Positions 1 through 11,530 of a stretch of DNA of 64,000 nucleotides are shown one piece after another. The stretch's first letter is position 1. The number at the start of each line of letters is the position of its first letter. The stretch is taken from contig NW_024704745.1 of assembly GCF_018977255.1 (NCBI RefSeq), positions 51,522,001 to 51,586,000 on the forward strand, given 5' to 3'. Both the position numbers and the translations under genes were made by a program. The notes under the pieces were generated by a model. The model was given only the letters and a program-made list of their open reading frames with translations, had not been told where the DNA came from and made no database searches. Origin of the DNA: Callorhinchus milii. Lineage: Eukaryota.

Positions 1-1263
1 ATGACTGGATCTCCTGTGCAGTCACCCGCACTATAATTGAAGAAGAGGGCATATATTTGTTAGAACTTTATTATGGCCAACTGCAGGGAGACCCTTCTGA
101 GTGAACTATTTTCCATTGTCAGTTGACCCAGGCAAAAAGCATGCACAGAAGCAAAGCCAGTTTGGGAGCACCATTTTCCAAATTAAAGGATGCGGTGGTA
201 AAAGCACCACCTGCTGTCCACTATAATCTGAGCCAAACAGGTGTATAGCACTCCAAACATGTTTTTTTTTAAAAAGTATGTCGTAACATGTAGCACACAA
301 AACGTGTCACACATACAAACTAAACTAAGAATTAAAACAGGATGACATGGCTTTCTGGGAAGAGAGAAGTTCTGATTTTAAAGCAGAAGTGGAACATTGC
401 AAACATAATAGGACACTGAACTAGATGAGAAGCTAAGCCTTTTTCACCCAGGACCAAATTTGAGGTGGACTGTTTTTTTTAATGTAACTACAGTGGTGAT
501 ATATTGTGTTCTGACTTATATTGAAAAGTCACTCTGCCTGCTGGGAACTAGTCTTTATTTATTAAAAAACACTTAAGTGCTTGGATTAATTGGTTTATGT
601 CCTGGTAGCCTGAATGCTTAACATTCTGGATAATGTGTTTTAAGGTATCCTACAAAGGTATTTTCGCCATCCTGGAAGTAGCTGTTTGTCTAAAGAGTGA
701 CAAGGAAACTCTTGATGCTTTGTACACTGCTGCTGGAAGGTGTTACCTGGTGTGGTGTTTATAGGTACACATTTGTATGTTTAGGATTCGGTGGCGACTC
801 TAGTTGGATGTATTGTGCTCTGGGTGGTGACGTCATCATTTAAGCAGAATAGAGTGTGTTTCCTGACTATGATTTAAGAGGTCACGTTAATGCATTTTAT
901 GTGCAAGCTGTGTTGATCACCATATCACTCAGGAAGGAATTTCTAATGTTGTCTATGTCTCCAGCAAGAGCTTAGACAGTTTGTTAGCTGTCTGAAGATC
1001 AAGGGGGCAGATAGAGGAATGATAAGCTTCTCCTGCTGGCTCAATTATGATATTTTTGTTGAAGAATGAGTGGAGCTGAGTCAACTTTGTAGTGTACTAT
1101 GTAAGCTGAACGAAACAGCACTCCAAATATGCTATTTTTTTTAAAAAGTATGCCATAACATGTAGCATATTAAATGTATGCTTTATCAGTTTATAGCTGT
1201 GTTCAAGTTAATGTAATGGAAAATGAGGAACAATAACTATTTATTTGCAAATTATTTCCTCAG

Positions 1264-1413
1264 CTGTCTCGACACAAGCATTTGGCAAAAGACCATTCAC
1301 CTGATCTTTATTCACTAGAGCTAACGGGTCTGGAAGAGATTTTAAAACATTATGGGCAGGACTCCCAGCAATTCCGTGATGCTGCCCAAATCCTTGCAAA
1401 TGTCATCCAGAAG
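1264..1413 (+). CDS. ATP6AP2: Renin/prorenin receptor (V-ATPase accessory protein 2), third-last coding exon
   Basis: ttcctcag| ... |gtaagc, 150 nt, phase 0-0; [50 protein letters not shown] closely resembles human [40 protein letters not shown]. Confidence 0.96.
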
Positions 1414-2471
1414 GTAAGCCTCTTATCACATAAATTTACATGGCAGTAATCAATTTGTATATTAGCCTTTCAACTGTTGCTCAGGATTTCTCAGTATTCA
1501 GTTAGATGTTTAGGCTTTCACTTGGCTGCAGGTTCAGAATAGTTAAATCATTTGAATTTTGGAGTACAGACGTGCTTTTTCCACTAAAATTTTTTAAATT
1601 GGGCAAGGAGTAGTATAGCGGAACAGGAGGAATTATTCCAATTTGCACCAAAATCTGCTAGTTTTTGCAAAATAATTGTACTGTTCCATATAAAGTGAGT
1701 GTTAAAGTAATTGCAGTTATATTTATTAGTTGGAAAAATATTTTTCTTCATAGTGAGATGAGAGTATTTTCCTTTTGGGTGCAATTCAATTAAATCACTC
1801 CTAAAGTCGGAATTAGAAACTTGTGTTCAAATTTCTATTCTGTAAGCAAAACATTTGAATTCTTGTGAGAATAAAATACAACTAAGTTGGTTTGGTTTCT
1901 TAAAATTAGTAGCTACTTGAGAGTTATAAAAATGGGATTACAAAATACACCATCTACACTTTGGTAAATCCTGGTAAGTACTTTTGAGAGGACTTTCCAA
2001 CGATAAAGACACTCCATCAAATGCAAGGATTTTATAAAATTTAAGCTGAATGGAAAATATACCTTGCTCAGTGGCCAATTTCACGAGTGAGCTCAGACAG
2101 TGAGAATTGACAGTTTATGTGAAGCCGGGAGTTAGGTAGGAGGTAGGGACATGAGGAGAGGGGCTATACAGCTATCTCAGCTGAAGTCTATGTACCTCAA
2201 TAACTCTGACCATTGGCTTCACCGCCTGATTGGGATAACTTCAGAAATCGTTTTCTTTTAAGAAAGGTAGGCATTTTTGTGTGAAATCTTTAAAAATTTC
2301 AATGGGCTTAAATGTTGGTTTATGAATATTCCCTTTTCGGTAACCTGCATATGTTTAAGTTCAATTGTGCAAAGTAGATTTTATGCAATTTGTAGAAATG
2401 CAGTAAAAATTCAGATTTGGAAATTCTGGTGCGCAAGATTTGAAACTCCTGTACAACACTTTCTATTTCAG

Positions 2472-2591
2472 TTTGCAGATGAGATGTTCAGCATTTATAA
2501 TGGAAATGCGTTAATAGACCTGCTGACAGTGAAGACATTTGATGTTCCTCTTATGCGAAAGACTCGATCTATCTTGGAATCTACATCCATA
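2472..2591 (+). CDS. ATP6AP2: ATP6AP2 penultimate coding exon with furin site
   Basis: atttcag| ... |gtaagt, 120 nt; [40 protein letters not shown] contains the conserved RKTR furin motif. Confidence 0.96.
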
Positions 2592-2874
2592 GTAAGTATA
2601 ATATGGAAATAATGGTTTTTCAGTAGTACTGCCATAATTCAACAGCATGCAAACATTACCTTGTTTAATTGACAAATGTTAACACTTTTTTTATATTAAT
2701 CATGGCTGAAGTTTCAACAAAGGGGCCTTTGAATACAAAATTAAATGGGCTATAAACCAAGCTAAAATATATTAATCCTTTTGACAGCTTGACCTATATT
2801 TTTTGTAAATTAAAGTAAAGATGTTGGCCAATGCAAAGCTAATTGAATATTGCTAACAATTCCTTTCTTTGTAG

Positions 2875-3069
2875 AGCAACCCAGGCAGTCCATACGGCTT
2901 CGCCTATCAGTACAACTATAACTATGCTGTTGTCTTCAACATTGTCCTGTGGTTAATGATAGCCCTAGCCTTAGCTGTGATCGTTATTTCCTATAACCTG
3001 TGGAACATGGATCCTGGCTATGACAGCATTATCTATAGAATGACCAGCCAGCGAATTAAAATGGAATAA
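2875..3069 (+). CDS. ATP6AP2: ATP6AP2 last coding exon (transmembrane helix and cytosolic tail)
   Basis: ttctttgtag| [64 protein letters not shown]; diagnostic [15 protein letters not shown]. Confidence 0.97.
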   Translation, partial: SNPGSPYGFAYQYNYNYAVVFNIVLWLMIALALAVIVISYNLWNMDPGYDSIIYRMTSQRIKME

Positions 3070-4265
3070 ACTTTCTTTGTCAAAACCAACCTAAAGGAGG
3101 GAATCACTGAGGATACAAACTGATGGGTTAGGAAAGTTAAATATTGATTTCTGACCTTTGTTCTGTTTCTTGCTAAGGCAGTATTCCAACATTGGAGGGG
3201 AGGGGGGTAATGTGGGGATGTGAAACATAATTTTTCAATGTAAATTTAAATATCCATCACCTCTGCACTTATATCTAAGATATATTTGTGTAGATATATT
3301 TGCAGAAATATCTGGCTGTCACAGTAGCTATTATCAACAAATATGGGATACAGTGGCTACTTAATCATGGAAAACTTCTACATGATCTCTCAAATTGTAT
3401 TATATTTTAAATACGATGCAATAGTGGGAGGGGAAAGAAGGAAATTACTTGATGATGAACAATTAATTATTGCTGATGAAACTTGAGCAGTGCTGACAAA
3501 TTAATGTCCTCAAGATTTTAGTTGTCTCTAAAGATCCTTCAACCCAAGGAAAAAATCTTGCTAATTTTAGTTAAATAATTTCTTATTCTAAATCCAATCT
3601 GCACCAACATCAAATGTTTACAAAGTAGTCCAATGCTATTGCTGAACAACTGTAACACAAATAAGTATAATGTGCATTCTTCACCCGGTGCTGGTTTACC
3701 AAACTGGCCTCAGCTCAACTTCCATCATCAATATAATGAGTATTCCGGGGAAGAGTTTGTATTGAAATTGATGGAAGAGAATGACTTCACATGAGCATTT
3801 CATTGGGTTATAGTATCGCAACTCCTTTCTCTATTATTCTGCAATTAAATTGGTTCTGTCTGTATATATTAGGAATATTACTGCTTGAATGACTTGCCAC
3901 TCTATTCAGTACTGTTGGATTCAGTTTGTCATTTTATGTTGAAATAGTGACCAGATCAGTGATAGATATTAGCTTCAATGAAAAATGCACTGTGATATGA
4001 ATTAACTTGATTTTGTGAAAATTATTCTTAAATGATTCGACTTCTCCATTGCTTTCATGTTTAAAGTGAATGTGGTGTAAAGATGTAAATTACTATGTGG
4101 ACTGTTGAATGGCAGTCCTATTAAAGACAATCTGTATGTTCATTTGCAACTGTTAAACCTGTCTCTTAGTGAAGTGAGTTCGGTACATAAAGGTAGAGAA
4201 TAGAAATGGATCTTTGTATTTATGTGAAAGCCTATGTGTTACTTGTGTTCTGTGTAAATGTTATT

Positions 4266-4271
4266 AATAAA
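4266..4271 (+). terminator. Probable ATP6AP2 polyadenylation signal (3' UTR about 1.2 kb)
   Basis: AATAAA preceded by TGTA elements and followed by a T/GT-rich tract. Confidence 0.6.
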
Positions 4272-4374
4272 GGATGACTGTATACAGTTATGTCATTTGT
4301 AGTTTAATAGGCTGAATGAGCATTGAGGTACAGGTTGAAAAATTGAAAACCTCAACCAGAGATCTGCTCCCAGA

Positions 4375-5071
4375 TTGGGGCTGTAATCCTGGGAATCCCA
4401 ATCCTGGAATCTATAAGAGAGAATCCTGGGATTTGAGTCCTAATTAAAAAAATAAGTTACTTTCTATCCATCACTGTTTTCTGTCTCTTATCTGCCCACC
4501 CAAACACACCTCTTAAGTAATTTCTTTCCATTAGTATTATGTTCATCTGTTTTGCTGTCACTGTTTCATTTCTCACTTTCTGTCAGTCTCTCTCCTGGAT
4601 ATTACTGTCTCTCTCTGTATTTAACATTCTTTCTCCGTCTCTCCCCCCACCATATGTAACAATGAACTTGTTCATTTTCTCTGTGGATGTATCAATCTCT
4701 GTCACCTTCCATTTGTGCCACTGACTATCTTAGTCCTGTGTTATGTCTCCCTTTTCTCTCCCTCTATATTATATGCTGTGTATGTGTCACTGATTTTTCT
4801 GTCACTTTCTGTATGTGTTATTTCCTCTTGTGAAATCTGCCCATTGCTAACCCCCCCTCCCTGTCTTGGTCAGTGCCTCATCAGGCAGCTGTGTTGCTGA
4901 AGTAGGCGGGGAAGGAGGGAAATGAGTCAATGACTGGCTCGGAGGGAGGTTGCTGTGCAGTGCTGTCTTCCCTGGCATTTTTCTGAAGCAGGATTTAGCA
5001 CTGCGGAATCCTGGGATTTGGGGCATTAAAATCCTGGAATGCAGAAAAAGCAACCGGGATTGCAATAGCTA
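4375..5071. mobile_element. Non-autonomous hAT-like DNA transposon (MITE)
   Basis: Imperfect TIRs (ttggggctgtaatcctgg / ccgggattgcaatagcta), several subterminal AATCCTGG repeats at both ends, flanked by 8-bp near-TSD ctcccaga (4367-4374) / ctcccagg (5072-5079). Confidence 0.65.
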
Positions 5072-5389
5072 CTCCCAGGTGACATTCTGCAGCTAGGAAA
5101 TAGAGTAGTTGGGGATGATTTTTCGGTTATTTCTCTCCTCCCCCCTCCCCAACTCCACTCATTTGACATTAGGAACTCATAGTATGAGAACCATGAATGT
5201 GTTTTGCATTGGATCTCCAATGCCATTATTTTGAATGTCATTAATCTGAATCAAATATTGGATACTTTACATTTTTTAAAAATGTTCAAAGCATTCTTTG
5301 TTCAAATTCACAAATTAATTTCAGATATTGTTTAATAATTTTTTTTGTGATTTGAATATCAAAGTAAAAAGTGCAGTAAATCTTCAATA

Positions 5390-5760
5390 CTCTTCAGTGG
5401 GGAGGGGTAATGAACAAATAATTTAGTGTCCTGCACATAGAATTATTTCCTCAACACCTGCATCCAGATAATTGATAATATTGAGAGAACAAGAGAGGGC
5501 CTAACACTGATCCCTGAGGCACACCACAAACTACTCTCTGCCAATCTGAAAAAAATCCCTTAATTCCCACTCTGTGCCACCTGTTCTTCAACATTGGTCT
5601 ATCAGTTTGTTAATTTGCCATCTATTGCGTGTGCTTTAATTTTGGCTATGAGTCTTCTGTACAGCACTTCATCAAACACCTTCTTAAAATCCAAACCAAT
5701 AACTACTGCACCTCTTTGTCTACATTTTAGACATCTCTCCAAAGAATTCAATCAAATTAG
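5390..5760 (-). mobile_element. Decayed CR1-clade LINE reverse transcriptase fragment
   Basis: Reverse strand reads [13 protein letters not shown] and INYLDAGV; broken by stops and frameshifts. Confidence 0.75.
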
Positions 5761-8339
5761 TGGATACAATCTTTCTACATTCATTATGACCTTGAACATC
5801 TTCTCTACAACTGAACTCTGGGTCTGGCTCTTTTATTAAAGTGATATTCCCACTCTACAAGCCTCTGGGGACAACCCTATATTTACGGATGTTTGATTTT
5901 TCAGCTAGAATTGCCAGATTACCTTCACAAAGTTTTGATTATCTTTGCACTGACAAACTTCTCCAAGGCAATATCTACCAGTTAGCCAAAGCACTTGTGT
6001 GTAGAAATGAAGATACACCTGGAGAATTCAGTCCTACTCATTGAACCATTGAGTGAAGAAGATTATTCCAAAATTGCATTTATGATAATATTCCTTTCGA
6101 TTTAACTTTTTTACCCTATTTTCAAAACTATGCACTTCACTTTTTCATTTTAAAATTGAAATTCAACAAAATGAATAAACAATGTTGCTTGTTAGATTTA
6201 ATTATAGTTATGCACAAGGGAGAGCAATGCAAATAATGAGTTCTAAGGTCAACATATCAACAACAGTAAAAGTGCTTCAAAATCCTGCAAGACCGATACA
6301 GTACTGAGAAGTGAAATGGAGCCTTGGGAAGAAAGTGGACAAATGAAAGTGGCTGAAGAGAAAGCCCTGAGTTCAGGATAAAGGAACTTGACGAGAAGCT
6401 AGGGTTTACAGCACCTCACTGAGAAAGCGCAAAAGATGTTCCCACAGTCAAATCTCCCTAAATTATCTCTGGAGATCCCCAGTATCACTTCAAGCTGAGA
6501 AAGTCTTACTGAATGTTTAACTATTGTCCTTCTATCTCAAACACTAATTTTTCTTGCTGCCCTTTCCCTCTCTCCTGAAAGAAATGCACCAAATTTGCGT
6601 TAAAATTCACGAACCATCGAATAGAGAATTTACAAGCCAGCAAAATCTGATAAAAGTCCAACAAGGGAAACAGTGGTGAAGTTTTTTGTTGGACTTTGTC
6701 AGCTTAGAATTCATTGCCCTTGTATTTCAAAATCGATATTTGAAAACAAGAAGGCATAATTAACTCAACAAATCCAGTTTGTAAAGAAAGACTGTATTGC
6801 AAATTAAACAGCAATGTTTCATTTCTATTTGTTCACTTCTCAAAATCTTTGGGAGCTATATTAGATTTGTGTTTTATTTTTAATGGAGACTAATTCTAGT
6901 TTTAATAAAAAGTGAGTGAACGACTTACACATGGGATAAATCATATCTGAGATTGCATGCTAATTTGCTGCTAGCCACACAGCAGTAAGGAAAGAGTTAA
7001 ATCAGCCAAGTGTTTCTGAACAGGCTGTGGTGTGCAGCCAATCTGATTACTCGCATCGTTGCTTGCTGGCTGCTCGCTGTGTAATTTTTGTTTCATGCCA
7101 GAACTGACTACAACAAGAGCAGACAGCAAAGACATGAAGCTGCAGTATACATGGGATTTGTGTAACGTCTCTTGAACTCCTGCTAATTAACCTGACTGCT
7201 ATATTGGCTGTCTGCGCAGCACTATAGTCAATATCACTGTAACACTAATTTTGCTAACTCTGCTAATTCTAGCCATGGTGTTCCAGAAATAAATAAAAAG
7301 GAAAACGATGATATTATCAAAAACAATTTCCAATGTCTGCCCAAACTACACCAATAAAAGGAAAAGGCCCCCAAATCAAAAAAACACAAGATTTTTCAGT
7401 ACAATTCAGTATTATACTTAGAATTTTAGTTTCGCATAGTTTTAGTTGTTTACTGCAATTATTGTTATTGTTGCATTTATATTTGACAATGTTTGCCCCA
7501 AATCCTATAGGTAACAGCCAAATATTTTACTGCTTTATTTGGAAATAGCTTAAACGTTAAGCTGCCTGTTTGGGTGATCCAAGCAAAATACCTACAATGT
7601 GATTTCTTCGGCCCCATTAACATACACTATGCAGTCTTCACGGATCCTATTGCAGTTCCGTACTACCAAGTTGGCCGTGCCAAGACAAAGCTGAAAAGCA
7701 AAATGAGGGACTACAAAGAAAAGAATAATAAAACAAAGGTAACAAATAGAGATGAACAGAAAACTAATCAAAAGAAAAAGAAAACAAAATGCAGGAGCAA
7801 TTGCCCGTTTTTATTTTGAAAAAATGAGTGAACAATTTACACATGGGAATAAATCATATCCTAGATTTCATATTAATAAGTCTTACTTTCTAAAGATCAT
7901 GTTTCAAAAGTAATTTTTTGCCCATTCTTACCTGAGCGAGATTGAATTTGCAGGTTACTCACTCATGGATCTACTTCCTTAACCTCCTAGCTTAAGCCAA
8001 CTACAGAATTAAGGACCAGGAGTGAAAGGTAAAGGTCAGCATTGCTTTTAACAAACTACAGCTGTGAGGTCTGATCAATACTGCAAAAAATGTGGAAAAA
8101 AATCCTCAAAATAGCATTGACTAAATGAACAGTTTATTGGTAATGCAAGATTTTTACTGGGGGAAAAATGCTTTTTTTTTTGATCATTCTGCTTTGTGGC
8201 CGAGGCACATTGATGAGGTGTTGAAGAAATGCTGTCTCCAAAGTCAATTTATTTGTTTCTGAAAGCGGTCTGACAGTTCTTCAAACAAAACAAAGGAAAC
8301 CAACTTGGCCACTATTTAGCACTGAAATACATGCAAAAC

Positions 8340-11300
8340 GGTGGTATCTGCTATGTCCTACTAAACGCACCGCCTCTCGTCTCAGCGTGCGCTTCTTGGC
8401 TGCTGGCCCCGACCCGAGCTGGCCCTCCCTTACAATATCCCCCCTCCCTGCAACTCTCCTGCTCTGTCCTGCTCTCTCTATACCCCCCACCTCCTATCCC
8501 TGCTTGACGGCCCCCCCACTGCCTCCCTCTGCTCCATCCTGGGAATCCTCTGCCGGGTTCATCACGGCATTCGGCATTGGCTGTCTAGCAGCAGCCACAT
8601 TGACTGCCCCATTCCCCACCATCGCCATAAGCCACCCTGGACCCTGACCCCGGGGGCTAACCTCTCCTCCCTCACCTGCATCCCCAACCTCCCCCCAACC
8701 AACCCACTACCCCCTCCCATCCCACACATCCCCCTGCAAACTGTCCACTCCGCATTGGCCTTCAAAACATCCGCTCCATCTCCAACAAGACCCTGGCCAT
8801 CAATTAACTCATCCTCGATGAGAACTTTGACATTATGGCACTCACAGAAACCTGGGTCACCCCAGATGACACCTTCCCCCTCACTGAGGCCACACCATCC
8901 GGCTACACCTCCCATGCCCAACCATCGTGGCAGTGCTGTGGCCCTCATATCCAGGCCGTCACTTGCCCTATCCCCCTACTCCACCGGCTCGTTCCCCTCC
9001 TTCGAACACTTTACCCTCTGCCATCCCTCCCACCTCTCTCTGAAAATTCTCTTACTTTACCGTCCCCCAAAATCCTCTCCCACCTTCATCTCTGACATCT
9101 CCACCCTCCTTGCTTCCCTCTGGCTCTGCTCTGACCACCTCATCATCCTAGGCGACTTCAATCTCCACTTCAGCCCCTCCTGCTCCACCTCCTCAGACTT
9201 CTCCTTTCCTCTCTCAACCTCTCCCTCCACAACCACTCTACTACCCAAGTTCACGGCCACCAGCTCGATCTGGTGATCACCCAGGGCCTCAATGTCTCGG
9301 ATGTCACCATCACTGACGAGGCCATCTCCGACCACCATTTCATCTCCCATATCTCTCTCCCCACTGCCTCCAAACCTACCACCATCTTCTATCACCCGTG
9401 GAAGATCTCCCCGCAATCCCTCTCCATTGCCCTGGAACCCTCTGATCTCCTCCCCCTCTGGCCCACCTCTCGCAACAACCCACTCGCTGCACTTACTCTT
9501 CTCCACAGCACCCTCTCCACCACACTTGACATCCTTACTCCCCTCACCTCCCGAACTGCCTCCTATTTCCGATCTTCACCCTGGTTCACCAGCCACCTCC
9601 GCTCGCTAAAGGGCCATGTACGGTTTTTCTGAATGCACTTGGCTCAAATCCGGCCTAACGGTCCACCGCCATATCTGGCTGGACCTCATCAAGATCTACC
9701 GCTCCGCTCTCGCCTCGACCAAATCATCCTTCTATTCCAGGTTAATCCTAGAGGCGAAGGGCAACCCCAGGCTCCTGTTCTCCACCACCAACCGGCTCCT
9801 CCGCCCTTCTCGCCACGCCTCGCAGATTCTTTTCTCTGACTCTCACTGAGAAAATGCTGGACTTCCTCGAGTCCAAAATCGAGGGAATCCGCTCAGCTGC
9901 CACTGCCCTCCCAACTTCCACCCCCTCCCTACCACCAACCCCCGACAACTACCCATCCCTCCTTCCACATCTTTGAACCTGTCACTCCCTCCTCTGTCTT
10001 CAACAGGTAACCTCCATGAAGCCCACCACCTGCTTCCTGGACCCCATCCCCACCCCTCTCCTTAAATCCCAGCTTCACCTCCTTGCCCCACTACTTGCCG
10101 ACATCATAAATCTCTCCCTGTCATCTGGCACTGTTACTTCCCCCCTCAAAACAACTACTATCACCCCCACCTTGAAGAAACCTTCCCTCGATCCATCACA
10201 GCTATCCAGCTACCGGCCCATCTCAAATCTTCCCTTCCTATCCAAGGTCCTTGAGAGAGCCATTGACTCCCAGCTTCGCTCTTTCCTCTCCATTCACTCC
10301 CTCCATGAACCCCCCCCAATTGGGTTTACATGCTGCCCACAACACGGAAACTGCACTGGTCAAGGTCACAAATGACATCCTGACCATGTATGACCAGGGC
10401 TCCCTCTATCTCCTCGCCCTCCTTGACTTCTCTCCCGCTTTTGACACTGTGGACCACTCAATCCTCCTCCACCGCCTCTCCTCTGACCTCAACCGTCAAG
10501 CTTCTGTCCTTGTCTGGTTCAGGTCCTACCTTTCACACTGCCTCCACTTCGTCGCAGCAAACGGCTTTCCTCCAGCCCCTGCACCGTCTTGTGCGGCGTT
10601 CCTCAGGGCTCTGTCCTCGGTCCCCTACTCTTCACCCTCTACATGCTCCCCCTTGGTGATGTCATCCGCAGACATGGGGTAAATTTCCACATGTATGCGG
10701 ATGACACCCAACTCTATCTCTCTCCCTCCACCCTCAACTCCAGGACTACTGGCATCCTGACCAACTGCCTGTCCGACATCAAATCCTGGACGAGGGCCAA
10801 CTTTCTCCAACTGGAGATCAGCAAGACCGAGGCCCTCCTGATTGGCTCGCGCCAACTCCTCCACACCTCAGCACTGGCAGCATCAGCCTCCACGGCTGCA
10901 CACTCAACCTCACTAAACCAGTGAGGAACCTAGGTGTCTTGTTTGACCCTGAACTGTCCGTTCTCCCCCACATCCACGCCATGACCGGCACTGCATACCA
11001 CCACCTCCGCAACATTGCAAGACTCCGCCATTGCTTCACCCCTCAGGCTGCCAAAACCCTCACCCACGCATTCGTCACATCAAGGCTCGATTATAGGAAC
11101 TCCCTCCTCATTGGCCTTCCCAACTCTTCCCTTCACAAGCTGCAGATCATCCTAAACTCTGCAGCTCGTGTACTCTCACGAACCAGGCTCCATGATTCCA
11201 TCACTCCCACCCTCGCCCAACTCCACTGGCTCCCCGTACCCCAGAGGATCGAGTTCAAGATCCTTGTCCTCACCTTTAAGGCCATCCATGGCCTTGCCTC

Positions 11301-11530
11301 CTCCTCCTACCTCTCTGACCTGCTGACTCCCTACCAACCTCCCCGCTCCCTCCGTTCATCGGGCCCAGGCCTGCTCCGTGTCTTTGGTCTCCCTCCCACC
11401 TCTCTGCCTTCCCTCACCCCTACACCACCCCTCCCCCATGCCCTGGTCCCAACACCTGGCTGTTCAGAGCTTTGGGACGTCCTCCCAACATGAAAGGCGC
11501 TCTATAAATGTAATTTTGTTGTTGTTGTTG
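8340..11530 (+). mobile_element. Near full-length degenerate L2-clade LINE (APE endonuclease + RT ORF2)
   Basis: ALTETW, YRPP, ILGDFNLH (APE); [43 protein letters not shown] (RT); LHWLPV-QRIEFKIL C-terminus; L2 3' stem-loop and (TTG)n tail; many frameshifts. Confidence 0.93.

Noticed and set aside
8281-11493. Many overlapping Pro/Ser/Gly-rich ORFs (also 21-25 kb and 40-42 kb)
   Set aside because: Alternative frames and antisense readings of C-rich L2 sequence or the CpG island.
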